Under the pieces are notes generated by a model, which searched no databases, was not told the origin of the DNA, and worked only from the letters and a program-made list of their open reading frames with translations. Positions 1 through 12,227 of a DNA stretch of 64,000 bases are shown in pieces. The position numbers were made by a program, and so were the translations under genes. Origin of the DNA: Neophaeotheca triangularis (lineage: Eukaryota); assembly GCA_054600435.1 (NCBI GenBank), contig BAAIJX010000009.1, positions 62,001-126,000 of the forward strand. Reading direction: 5' to 3'. Positions within the stretch are counted from its first letter, which is position 1. The number at the start of each line of letters is the position of its first letter.

Positions 1-1897
1 CCACGTACCTGCTGTACACTGGAGTGTACCTAGGTGGGTAGGTGTAGGTATGTATTAATAACCTGCAAAGCCCGTCGCCGCCGACGACACTACCTACACT
101 TTACTACTACTGGCGAGACAACCTGACAGTAGTAGTACCTACCGGTACCTAAGGCTTATCTACCTTACCTACCTGGTATAAGTAAGTAAGTACTACTGAC
201 TGCCAACTGGCACCCGGTGGAGGGAGCCCGGTGGGGCTTCCACAAATGTAATCACGTGATAAGGAAGGTACTGATGCCGGAAGAGCTGTGGCCAGCTCAA
301 AGTCTTGGCGCGTATCTTTTCTACAAAGCCCGATCGGCTTGGAGCTTCCAACTTTCTCTTCACCATCAACACCACCAACAACACCACGTCTCACGCAACT
401 CGATAGCTCCACCAGGGAGCTTGAACGCGGGCTCCTACACACGACATGTAGGCATTCACAGGTAAGTCCTATTCACCGCGCTCATCCACCCAGCACCACC
501 ACCTCTTGAAAGATGACAATCACATAATCATGTCTTCTTTTCCCAACTGAGTCGACCTTGAAGAAATCAGCCTTTCCGTCCACCTTCGCACGGTGGATGT
601 AATACTTGCCAGTAGCTTTGTCTGACATGACATCTTTGCAACGCAATACGTTCAAACAAAATGCTTTGTAAGCTCATCGCTGACCCCTTCGAAGATAGGT
701 AACCACAAATATACTGCGCTTGCGTTTGCTCGCCTTGCGTGCATGCACGTGCTGTTCGATAGACATGGTTTTTCGGTCCTGAGACCGAAACAACTGAGCA
801 TTGCCGTTCTTTGTGCTGGCCTCTCCCGAGTTATTGCTAGACAACAGGGAGGTCAGAAGGACACAAGGTTAGTACCCTTCTCTCCCTACATCTACCACGT
901 TCCCGCTGGGATGATGAAAACCTTTTCCACATTCGCAGTTTCCACGCGAGCCGTCGTCTTAGAACCTAAATAGACGGCATCATGGGCGCCAAATCTTCCT
1001 TGGATGTCTGACCTACACCCAGCCAACCTGCATTACACAAACACCGAGACTCATCTGCGAGAGCCTTGCTAATAAATCATGTTGCAGGTACCCCCGTCAA
1101 TCCTCGAATCCTTCGAAGTCGTACCTTCAAGTCGTAGATACCTTCATGTGTCGTGAGCGCGTGTGCCGCGATTGGCTGTTCCTTCAGTTGGGGAGAAGTA
1201 ACAACACAATCTCGCTTTAGAGCCTGATGTTCAAGAGATGGTCGACCTCTCGTCATACGTAGTTGGGAACAATGATAACATATCGTCCTGTACAAGTCCT
1301 TCGTCCCTGTTTTCTCAGTGTTGCTGCGTCTTCGCCAACTCCTCGAGTGAGACGTGCTGGCTGTGCCTAGGTATTGTTCAATCACAATGACACCTCTCGT
1401 GCCTCGAATCTAAAGTCTTACGAAAGCCTCGCTTGAGCAAATACCGTTCAGGCCTTTCACAGGTTGGACTTCGATTCGGACGCGTATTTGCTTGTCGTCA
1501 TGCATGTGACGTATCGATCCAATGTTAGGGTCCGAGTTGGTGAAGCTGAGCGAGATTGACTGGAATACAGCACCTTTCCGGTCAGTCTCGCTCGAACTTA
1601 CTAAAGTGGTTTTCAGATCCAATTGCATTGTCTTGTACTGCACTCCCAGCTTCGCATTTAAATATTCTCAGTGCCTTGTTGCCGCCAGCTCAAGCTCCCG
1701 TTTGTTAAGGTACCCGTGGACGTTTTTGTTCGAAGCGACTAGCTGACATGGCCCCGCATTTGCGCATGTGAAAGTCGATGTCACACTTTCATCGCATCAC
1801 GTACCACCCTCGATGTCCGTCTTTTCCTTTTCCTAGGTTGCGACAAGAACCAAAAATGACCGCGAAGGCACAACCATAACCGATTCAACTAGCAGTC

Positions 1898-3604
1898 ATG
1901 CCTGGCTCATCCCCGCTAAAGGTCAGCTTGCCACAGCTGAGCAGCCACAGTCGCAGAAGCAAGTCTGTCAGCAAACAACAGCTCCTCTTCCAGTCTCTCG
2001 ACATATTCCGCAATCTGTTATTGGTGCTCTTCCTATTCCGTTACACGCGAAAAGCCTGGATCCATTTACGAGGCTATGGACCGATTGGATCAATAGTAGG
2101 CCTCTACACGACACTCTACCGCCAGGCATACACCCTATTCCTCAAGCTGCCCTTTGTCCAGTCCAAGGTTCGCGCGGATGTTACTAAAGCTCTGTCAGAG
2201 CTCGAGGAGAAGCTGGTACCGTCTGGCGCTGAAGTGACGCACTACACTGCTTTACCGGCGGCGGGATGGGGCCCAGAGCAGATACGAGCGGAGTTGCAGA
2301 AGATGGGGGACATGAAGCATACCTCTTGGGAGACGGGCAGGGTGTCAGGAGCTGTATACCATGGCGGGACTGAGCTCTCGGATCTACAAGCAGAGGCGTT
2401 CAAGAAGTTTGGGGTCTCTAACCCTCTCCACCCTGATGTCTTCCCGGCCATTCGAAAGATGGAAGCGGAGGTGGTTGCTATGGTACTCGCTCTGTTCAAC
2501 GCTCCACCAGACACTGGCGCAGGCGTATCGACATCTGGGGGCACGGAGAGCATCATCATGGCGGTGCTCGCAGCTCGCCAAAAGGGATACTACGAGCGCA
2601 GTATTCGCGAGCCGGAAATGATACTTCCATCAACAGCACACACGGCCTTCCGCAAGGCAGCCGAGTACTTCAACATCCGCGTCCACCTCGTCCCATGTCC
2701 GCATCCTAGTTACCGCGCTTCCGTCTCCCATGTCGCCAAATTAATCAACAGCAACACTGTTCTCCTCGTTGGCTCTGCTCCGAACTTTCCACATGGCATC
2801 GTCGATGATATCCCTGCTTTATCAAACCTAGCCCTCAAACACCGCCTCCCACTGCACGTTGACTGCTGCTTGGGCTCCTTCATTATGCCCTTCCTCGCCC
2901 GCGCCGGCTTCCCCTCTCCGGCATTCGACTTCTCCGTCCCAGGCGTCACCAGCATCTCCGTAGATACCCACAAATACGGTTTCGCCCCTAAAGGCAACAG
3001 TGTGGTCCTCTACCGCTCCTCTGCGCTGCGCAAATATCAATACTACATATGCGCCGACTGGAGCGGGGGCGTATACGCGTCTCCTTCAATGGCCGGCTCA
3101 AGGCCAGGCGCACTGATAGCAGGCTGCTGGGCGTCCATGATGCACGTAGGCGAAAACGGGTACCTGGACACGTGCCTGAAAATCGTCGGCGCGGCCAAGC
3201 ACCTCGAGTCGGCTCTGCGCACGTCGCCAAAACTCAAACACAGCGTTGCCGTTGTCGGGAAACCCGTCTCGAGCGTCGTGGCTTTCCGCTCGCCAGCGAC
3301 GAACGCGGATCCCGCTTTTGCCGTCAACATGTACGATGTTGCTGATGGCATGAGCGCCAAGGGGTGGCATTTGAATGCGCTGCAGGATCCCCCGGCGATA
3401 CATGTTGCTGTTACGCTGCCGATTGTGAGTGCTGTTGAGGACATGATTAGGGATCTGGAGGAGGTGGTTGAGGGGTTGGCTGGAAGGGCTAGTGAGGCCA
3501 AGGGCGATGCCGCGGCGCTTTATGGTGTCGCGGGGTCTTTGCCTGACAAGTCAATCGTGAGGGAGTTGGCCGGAGGTTTCTTGGATACGTTGTATAAGGC
3601 TTGA
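1898..3604 (+). CDS. DPL1: Sphingosine-1-phosphate (dihydrosphingosine phosphate) lyase, PLP-dependent, 568 aa, intronless
   Basis: GRVSGAVYHG, SNPLHPDVFP, TSGGTESI, LHVDCCLGSF, ISVDTHKYGFAPKG (PLP lysine), AGSRPG, GWHLNALQDPPAIH motifs; N-terminal hydrophobic anchor. Confidence 0.95.
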   Translation: MPGSSPLKVSLPQLSSHSRRSKSVSKQQLLFQSLDIFRNLLLVLFLFRYTRKAWIHLRGYGPIGSIVGLYTTLYRQAYTLFLKLPFVQSKVRADVTKALSELEEKLVPSGAEVTHYTALPAAGWGPEQIRAELQKMGDMKHTSWETGRVSGAVYHGGTELSDLQAEAFKKFGVSNPLHPDVFPAIRKMEAEVVAMVLALFNAPPDTGAGVSTSGGTESIIMAVLAARQKGYYERSIREPEMILPSTAHTAFRKAAEYFNIRVHLVPCPHPSYRASVSHVAKLINSNTVLLVGSAPNFPHGIVDDIPALSNLALKHRLPLHVDCCLGSFIMPFLARAGFPSPAFDFSVPGVTSISVDTHKYGFAPKGNSVVLYRSSALRKYQYYICADWSGGVYASPSMAGSRPGALIAGCWASMMHVGENGYLDTCLKIVGAAKHLESALRTSPKLKHSVAVVGKPVSSVVAFRSPATNADPAFAVNMYDVADGMSAKGWHLNALQDPPAIHVAVTLPIVSAVEDMIRDLEEVVEGLAGRASEAKGDAAALYGVAGSLPDKSIVRELAGGFLDTLYKA

Positions 3605-4091
3605 AGGGTGCATTTGGGAGTCACTCCGGGAAACCAACAGTGAGAGTGTTCAGGGGATTTCAGCGAGATATCAGTGACGGGCGTTCTAGCAAACAGACCA
3701 GAGAGTTGCCGTAGTCTCGGCATGGAATCACCATTTTTTAGTGTACAGTTAGCTGTGCTCAATGTGCTCAAAAGTTCATCTCTTCACCGGATCATCGCCA
3801 TGGTATCTCGGGCTGGGTTCGAAACGGCCTTGGAGGACAAACAGTAGGGTGAAGCTCGGACCATGTGTGAGTCGGCTGGAACGGGCAAGCTTCCAAGCTC
3901 CTGCCGACCGCAGCTGTCTCGATACACCCATACCTCGCCTGCCAGTTCCAGGTGACTTCACCTCCGCCTCTACGATCACTTGCCACACTTCCTCCAGCAG
4001 CAGTTTGACAACCGTGGATAGTGCTGCAGTTAGCCCACTACCCTTTCATACACCTTCCTCACCCCGGCAGTAGGCGCCAGCAACCGCAGCG

Positions 4092-5935
4092 ATGGCTGGA
4101 GACCAGACAGTGGACCCCAGGATGATGAGCGTCCAACCTAGAATACGCTACAACACCGTTGGCGGTGTCAACGGGCCTTTGGTTGTCCTCGAGAATGTAC
4201 GTGCAGAAATATACGTTTGGGAAGAACGAGTTGCGGAACATACGCTGAGACTCTGCACAGGTCAAATTCCCGCGGTTCAACGAGATCGTCACCCTTACCC
4301 TTCCCGATGGCACGGAGAGGTCTGGTCAGGTGCTAGAGGCAAGAGGTATGGAGTTTAAAGGAAGAATACGGGAGTAACACCTGAACTTGATACTGACAGC
4401 AAGTAGGAAGCCGTGCCGTTGTGCAGGTCTTCGAAGGGACGACGGGCATCGATGTCAAGAGGGTGCGCATGACCGTCCTACCCGTGGAGCACAAATATGG
4501 TGACTAACTAGAGCAGACCAAAGTCGAGTTTACAGGCCACAGCTTGAAGCTCGGTGTCTCCGAAGACATGTTGGGACGTACATTCGACGGTTCAGGTCGC
4601 GCCATCGACAAGGGCCCCAAGGTGCTCGCCGAAGACTACCTTGATATTAACGGGTCCCCCATCAACCCCTACTCTCGCGTCTACCCCGAAGAAATGATCT
4701 CCACCGGTATCTCGGCCATCGACACCATGAACTCGGTCGCGCGTGGCCAAAAGATTCCCATCTTCTCCGCCGCCGGTCTACCTCACAACGAGATTGCCGC
4801 GCAGATTTGTCGACAGGCTGGTTTGGTACAGCAGCAGCAGAGCAAGCAGATGAACAAAGGCACGCATGATAACCATGAGGACAACTTCTCGATTGTGTTC
4901 GGTGCTATGGGTGTCAACTTGGAGACCGCCCGTTTCTTCACCAAGGACTTCGAGGAGAACGGCAGTATGGAGCGTACCACTCTGTTCCTGAACTTGGCCA
5001 ACGACCCAACGTAAGTCATTTACGTCTCCATTCAGGCGGTCTCCTTCTCTAACACGCCTACAGCATCGAGCGTATCATCACTCCACGTCTGGCTCTTACG
5101 ACGGCCGAGTACTACGCCTACCAGCTCGAGAAGCACGTGCTGGTCATTCTTACAGACTTGTCTTCCTACTGTGATGCTCTTCGTGAAGTGTCAGCAGCAA
5201 GAGAAGAAGTGCCCGGTCGTCGTGGCTACCCCGGTTACATGTACACGGATTTGTCCACCATCTACGAACGTGCCGGACGTGTGCAAGGTCGCAACGGCTC
5301 GATCACGCAGATTCCCATCTTGACCATGCCAAACGAGGGTGAGTTGCTTACTATTCAAACGCTTCCTAGATGTACCGTCGCTGACAGTGTAACTCTCAGA
5401 CATCACCCACCCTATCCCTGATTTGACTGGCTACATCACCGAAGGCCAAATCTTCGTCGACCGCCAACTTGACAACAAGGGTATCTATCCACCCATTAAC
5501 GTTCTGCCCTCCCTCTCCCGCCTGATGAAGTCCGCCATCGGTGAAGGCCACACGCGCAAAGACCACTCGGACGTGTCCAACCAACTCTACGCCAAATACG
5601 CCATCGGCCGCGACGCTGCCTCGATGAAAGCCGTCGTGGGAGAGGAAGCGCTCAGCAACGAGGACAAGCTCTCGCTCGAATTCTTGGAGAAGTTCGAGAA
5701 GACGTACATCAACCAGGGCGCGTACGAGAAGCGGAATATTTTCGACGGCCTCGACCAGGCTTGGGAGCTACTGAGAATCTACCCCAAGGAGCTGTTGAAC
5801 AGAATTCCCAAGAAGGTTTTGGACCAGTATTACCAGAGGCAGCCCAAGGAGGGTGGCAACAAGGATACCAGGGATGGGGCCGATCAGCAGAATGGGCAGC
5901 CGAACGGGGACAGCGGGAACTTGATCGATGCTTAG
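4092..5935 (+). CDS. VMA2: Vacuolar H+-ATPase V1 subunit B; exons 4092-4196, 4261-4345, 4407-4462, 4517-5010, 5064-5338, 5400-5935
   Basis: [80 protein letters not shown]; five GT-AG introns join the pieces in frame. Confidence 0.97.
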
Positions 5936-6969
5936 GTATTCAATTAAGAAGGCTTGATGAGATGCTAGTGTGGGGGGATGTTGGAGGAGAAGATGCGGCG
6001 AGCAGCGCGGTGGTGCTTGTTTCAATGGTCTCGTGCGGGCGCGTTGCGGTGTGTAGATATTCGCTGCATTTCGACATGCTGGGTGTATCTTGCTAATTCT
6101 GTTTCGTGCTTTTTTGTGAAGCGTTCGTCCGCATTGTTCATTTGGTGCAAAGTGCATGTCTCTGCATCCTCCTCGCCCATCTTTTCCAGCCTTGTGCCTT
6201 CGCAATCTAGCAATAATAAATTACCCAAACATCCTGAGAAACGATGAACCGGCGACTGAGTTTTCTTCGAGGCCGAGATGGATGGCCTTGTGTTACTTAC
6301 GAGGCAAGCATTTCACTTCACCTTCGCCCATGCCATCACTACTAGTAGCCGAGCCAGTGGCTCGACTTTCTCGGAGTAGGTACCGACCAAATCCGATACA
6401 CCCAACCGCGAACAAAACCACCGTCAATCCTTTCAAGCCCTTCAACAGAGACGGAGGCGGAGCGGCGCGATTAGCTAGATTCTCCGGCAACGCTCACGCA
6501 CGTCTCGCGGGCTCCCAAGTCCCCCAAAGATGTCTTGGATTCGTGCCTGGGGAAGTCGTCTGCGTCCTGAGTCTTTGTCGGGTTTCTACGGGCTTTGCGT
6601 GGAGCGAGCTGGAAGACCTCTCTCTCGCAGTCTCTGCTTAGAATGGCGTTTGCATGGATGCTCTAAAGGAGCGCAAGTGACGGGAGTTTCTCGGGCAATG
6701 TAGGATGCACATACTGTGTACGAGCCTTAGGAGTGTATTGTGGGTAGAGTGCGCCGTCTTGAGCATTCAGCAGAGACGCACTGGAGTTGGCGAAAGCTTT
6801 TGGAAAACGGGCAATTCATTGCAACGACGGGTTCCAGATATCACATTGCATTCTCCGCCTGTATATCTACACACAATACGCTTTCTCCGTATACCACCAC
6901 CATCGTCTTCAGAACTTCCCTTTCGCCCCTTTCCCCACCCGTGCTCCTTCAAGCCTCTCTCGGTATCGT

Positions 6970-7559
6970 CTACTGATCCAACCTGGCCGGGAAAGTCCCG
7001 TTCTCCCTCTGGTCGTCCCACCTCTCGCACCACGAGCTCGGGCACAGGGAACGGTACGCGAGGTAAAACTGCCACAACACACGACACGATCAGCAACCGC
7101 ATTCCGCTTAGTACTTTCCCGTCGGGATCAAGAAGGGAGGGATGGCGTTTGTCGTACCTGACGGCAAGGCTTGAAGTCCTCGCCCTTGGCCAGGATGCAC
7201 TTGTGGTAGTCGACGTAGTTTTGCCAGCAGTGCTTGGTTTGGTTCTGGTTCGGGAAGCGGGCATCGAAGCCTGTGGGTCGAGGCGGTGGCGCCTGGGAGT
7301 CAGTTTTGGGTTGTTTCTCCTCCTCCTCCTCCTCCTGCTGCTCGCCGCGCCACTCGGGCTGGGGATTGGGTCGTTGCTTCGGGGGTGATCCGGCTGCAAG
7401 AGGTTAGACAGACGTACCGGCTGTAGTGTTCGGTTAGCTTGAGGTCCTAGTCAAAGAGTAGCCATTTGTCGAATTGTCTCTTCGATTGCGGTGCAAGGGC
7501 TGGGACATACCAGTTACGAACTTGAAGGGCATGGTAACGCGCTCCTCATCGTCGGACAT
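6970..7559 (-). CDS. COX12: Cytochrome c oxidase subunit 6B; exons 7559-7511, 7420-7418 (3-nt microexon), 7270-7158, 7068-6970
   Basis: Not in the ORF track. Spliced product [87 protein letters not shown], with the [14 protein letters not shown] motif and twin Cys pattern of COX6B; canonical donors, branch points and acceptors. Confidence 0.95.
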
Positions 7560-7911
7560 GGTTGCGGTGTTGGTTGAGTGTGGTAGTAGGGTGATGTTGT
7601 TGAGCGGCGGGATAGAAGAAGTGTCTGCGCAATTGCAATGCTTGAGTTGGCCGGCGACGAGATGAGGTCGTCGACTTCGCTCGGGATTGAAGTCGCTTGG
7701 AGATTGGGAAGCTCTCGGAAGTTGCCGCGAGCACCAAGACGTCTCCGCAGCAAGCTCGCAGTAACACCACCAGCCAGCCAGCCAGCACCACGGGCCAACC
7801 TCACTTCACCACCCAATTACCGCTAGCAGAAGCATTACTGCAACTGCAACTGCAACAGGCACATCTCCACTCCACCCAACACTGCTGTGTCAGCACATAC
7901 ACCTCGCCATC
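7560..7911. promoter_or_regulatory. Probable bidirectional promoter (352 bp between divergent ATGs)
   Basis: COX12 ATG at 7559 (-) and ATG at 7912 (+) are head-to-head; inferred from geometry only. Confidence 0.55.
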
Positions 7912-8435
7912 ATGCAGTCTACACGCTTCCTCGCGACCAACATGCTGCGCGCGCAGGCTCCGCTCAGGATGCAGGCCACCAAGGCAGCTCCTATGCTCCG
8001 GATGCAGCCCACGAGGGGTCTGAGGATGCAGGCTTCCCCCAAGATGAAGATGCCCGTGCCAGTGAGTAGACCCAAGCCACGCTGAACCATTACGCTCGTC
8101 AGAGACCCGCCTTTACTGACCCCCAAGCGCAGAAAGAAGAGCACTCCGGTATGTCCGCCTTCTCCCACCCCCGAGCCCAATGCCCAAAACACACAACAAT
8201 CGCAGCACCTATCCAACAATACCCGAGTTATCTCACACCAAATCACTAATCTCGTCCATCCATAGCCCACACCATCTCCCAACGCCTCCGCACCCTGAAG
8301 AAGATCCCCCCGGAGTTGGTGCCCCTCGGCGTCGTCCTGGCCATCGCCCTCATCATGGCCGGCTACAGCATGATTCGCAAGTTCTACACCGACGGCACTT
8401 TGAGATTGACCAGACAGGGCAAGAGACACGACTAG
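7912..8435 (+). CDS. Small mitochondrial membrane protein, NDUFA4/MLRQ (B12D)-like; exons 7912-8061, 8133-8148, 8266-8435
   Basis: Not in the ORF track. Arg-rich, acid-free presequence-like exon 1, then KEEHSAHTISQRLRTLKKIPPELVPLGVVLAIALIMAGYSMIRKFYTDGTLRLTRQGKRHD with one TM helix; GTGAGT and GTATGT donors, ACTGAC/ACTAAT branch points. Family call from recalled PELxPL...D.xLRL pattern. Confidence 0.8.
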
Positions 8436-9064
8436 GAGAGAAGCGGTTGAAAGAACGAACGGGAGGCTTGTATCAGTGGCTGGCATCGGGTTGTGGAAGA
8501 CAGACTGGACTAGCGGAACACGGACAACGGGTGATTGTGGATCGAAGGGGGTGTATATATCTCGTGGCGAACTAGGCAGATCCTATTACCTTTGTTTCCA
8601 ATGATGATTGCGACTTTCGCGTTTTTCATGAACGACCTGATGACCGTACCCACGCACCTCGGAGCACAGACTTGGGTATAATCGCCGGCTTTGGCTTTTG
8701 CTCTAAGATTTGCCGTTGGCATATCTCTGCGCCAATGGCAGATGCGGGTAGCATCTACTACTAGGCGATTGAACACGGAGTTACACTACTAAAATAGACT
8801 GGCCGAGGACATTCATAGCCCCACGGTCCTGCGACTGTCGGTGGCATCCCACCGAGTCCACCTCATCCTTGCGCGTATCTACCCAGCCATAGCTCACATT
8901 GGCCAAACCTGTCATGATCTGTATCGTTTCAGGTAATCTAGTTGGAAGACATTCAGCTCAGCCGGAATCGGGCTTACCTAGCATGTACCGGTAGAAGTCG
9001 ATGGTTGCAAGAGACCAAAGTCTTCGCCATCTTCGGTACCGCTAACATCCGCAAAGCCATGTAG

Positions 9065-10828
9065 TCACGAGCTCTGCACCCCGACACCTGCTACCTTCCT
9101 ACCCTCCACAAATTGCACCGGCGCCGTGTAGTGCTGTCGACCATGTACGAGGTACACCGCCACCGCGAGAATCATCACCGCAACCCAGACGACGGGTCCC
9201 CAGTTCGCCGTGCTAGCATCGATGGGGATATAGCTGGGGAAGCAGCTGAAGACGATAACGACGCCGGAGTAGAAGAAGGCGAACGCATTGATCGCGAGTC
9301 CGTACTTGCCCAAACTCCAGCGAGCGGGCGGGAGCGGCTCGCGCTTGATGCGTTTGAGTAGCACGCAGCCGATGGAGATCATGTAGGTGCTCAGCAAGCC
9401 CAGTAGCGAAATGGAGACCACGATATTGAAAGCCAGGACACTGCCGAAGTTGATGAAGCTGAGTAGGATGCAGGCGATGGATGTGGCGTAGACGGAGTTG
9501 AAGGGGATGTTCCATTTGGGATCCATACGACCCATCCAGGAAGAGAAGGGGAGGCCGCGGTCTCGGGAGAAGGCCCAGACTTCGCGGGCGCAGGCTGCAA
9601 GCGCTGTGATGTTTCCTACGTAGATCAGGATGAAGAGGATGACGTTGAGGGTTATTGAGAGGGTGGGCGAGCCAGTGTTGTTAAAGAGAATCAAGTAGGG
9701 GATATCGCTAGCAACCTACGAGTACGTTAGCAATCCGTCTTTCAATGCTGGAAGTCTTGACTCACCACTGCATCAATAGGCCCAATGCAGAACAACATTG
9801 TGATGAGCATGATGAAGCCCAAGAATACGTTGCCAACGAATGAGTACCACATGCAACGCGGCACTGTTATGCTGGCATTCTCGACCTCTTCGGAGATGTG
9901 GACTACGCTGTCAGACCCTAAGCAACTGTAAATTACAGTGATTTGCGAGATGAGGTATCCGGGGCCCGGGCTCCAGCCGCCGCTCCATTCGAAGGAGGTG
10001 AAGACCTCAGAAGGGCTCTTCTTGGGACATAAGACCCACAGAGGGATCAGTACGATAAAGAAGCCCGCGATATGACCGATGAGGGACACTGTTTCGAGCA
10101 TAGGAAGCGCTTTCGCCCCCCAAGTATTGGCCAGAATGGTAATGCCAATGAAAGCCAGCATGAGTAACACGTACTGCCAGTTGCCGAATAAGAAGTCCGG
10201 GCGAGTCACCATGACCATTGCCTCTATCTGCGTAGTCACGACGAAAACGCCACTCGCTACGCTTGCTAGCCAGCCGAGCGTGCTCATCCAACCCGAAGCA
10301 TACGATAATAGTCGCTGGGACGATGGAGGCGCAAACTCCGATACCCAGTCTGGAGCCTCTGTCAGCGTGCTGCTTGGTCTGCGGAAAAGAATGACGAAAC
10401 GCACGATATTGGCCCCCAGTGGTGGGAGCCATACTGGTCATTTCGGCCAGCGAAGCTACAATTGTGGAGTAACATGTCACAGTTGTGATGAAGCACCAGA
10501 AGAGGCCGCCGAAGCCGCCGTTAGCAAAGCCAACGGAGAGGCTGACTAGAACAAACTCCCAGGTGGCCATGTAGATGGAGACGAAGCCCAGGGTCGAGAT
10601 GAAATTGAAGTTGCGCTTGAACTCCTGCTTCTTGCCCAGCCGCCTCATATCGCGGAGATCGTGATCCAGATCTGCCCATTGCTCGTCTTCGCGATAGTCT
10701 GAGTTGTCTGTGTCCACGATTGGCTTGTCTTTCCGAGTTTCGGAGATCTTGTAGGTGGTATTCTTCATCTCGATGCTTTCGCCAGCGGCCTCTGGATCCC
10801 GTTTTCTGAAAGTTGAACTTGATGCCAT
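9065..10828 (-). CDS. APC-superfamily amino acid permease (GABA/choline transporter-like); introns 10404-10350 and 9765-9716
   Basis: LGKKQEFKRNF, SLAEMTSMAPTTGGQYHWVSEFAP, GSDSVVHISEEV, REVWAFSRDRGLPFS; many TM segments; two canonical introns join three ORF pieces in frame. Confidence 0.92.
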
Positions 10829-12227
10829 AATTGCCTTATCATGAGGAGCCAGCAACCTTTTCGAGAAAGAAAAGAGCGAGAGGGAGATACAGGAACAAAA
10901 AAGGTCGCTGACCGAAAGCGACGAGATAACTATGAGCAACTACTGTAATTGCATGGCGCACGCCAGGAAGTCCAGACCAAACTAGCAGGCATGGTATGCA
11001 GCTATCGCTGATCACTCTGCCATTGTCACCTGGCAGCGAGTGGGTGTGTTGTCGAGTCTGTGTCGGATACTGCTACAAGTTTGTTGGAAGGTCGATAGCA
11101 TGAGATGCTACTGAAAATTGTTGGTATCAGCTGAATGGGTTACGATTGACATGAGTTGGAGGGCCGTCAGTCGAAGAGTCGGGAACATCGCCCTGACTGA
11201 AGTCTGCAGACTTGCAAGCTATCTGGAGCTTGGGCCCGTGACACCCCTGCTCTTGCGCATCTATAGTTGTCGAGGTATGGGTATCTGTTCTATGCAAATG
11301 AAGAAATTGGCCGGGTGAGACCAGATGTCGAGTTTTATCATCAAAAGGGCCGGCGTTTAAAGGGTCGACAGCGCAATACAAGTAAGCCCTTCCAAGTTCT
11401 TGTGTGGCGCAAAAGCACCAGTACTCAAGGTAGGATGAGGATAATGGGCACAGAGTATGTGTGAACAAGAGAGTCGAAGAGATGGAAACACAACCGTCAG
11501 ACTGCTATCAAGTCAGTGCAACTGTATGTATACGAAACGGGTCAGATTCGCGGTCGGGACCAGAACCTCGTTAGCTTCGCGAGGGTGTCGTCCGCAGTTG
11601 TCACTACCCGAGGCCATGTATACTGCCTTCAGGATTTCAAGTAGCCAAAAAAACCACCAAGGGCCGTTGTCGTTCTAAAGATGCCTCGTGCGGGGCCATA
11701 AGAGCCCAAACGTGGGCGGCCTCTCGAATGACAGTGAGGCGAGCTACAGAGCTGATGCTAATTGGGCGTGGGCTTGCCGCGCACAATGGGGCTGTGTACT
11801 GAAGAGCCAACAGAAAGAAGCGTGCGGATAGTTCGCACTGGCCTGAAAAGGCAACCATATAAGCGAACGTATATATAGCAAGTAGGAGAAACTTTCCGTC
11901 GTTACTGCTGCTTTTTCCTCTTGGTGATCGGGCTTCAAACCCTTAACATTGCTCGCCCTTGCGATTTGGTAAGACGATCGTATGACAATTGCACAGAAGA
12001 TGTCAAGACCTCATGAGTCCTCTGCAAACATCGCACCCAGGCCCACATACCGTCCAGTACTTCTTCGCGCCGAGCCCTGCTGGAAACGTACAAGAGAAAC
12101 ATGAAGCGCTCCCTTGCTCAACGGACAACTTCGTTGGTCGAATAGTGTGGCCGAAAACGCTATCAGAAATCACTGCCAGCTCAATCATGATCGGTATCTT
12201 GCTCAGCTGAAGTTCGGACTCGAAGCA

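Noticed and set aside
1077..1746. Short ORFs upstream of the lyase gene
   Set aside because: No recognisable motifs or convincing splice model.
6705..7399. ORFs of 227 aa (+) and 210 aa (-)
   Set aside because: Off-frame or antisense overlaps of the spliced COX12 gene.
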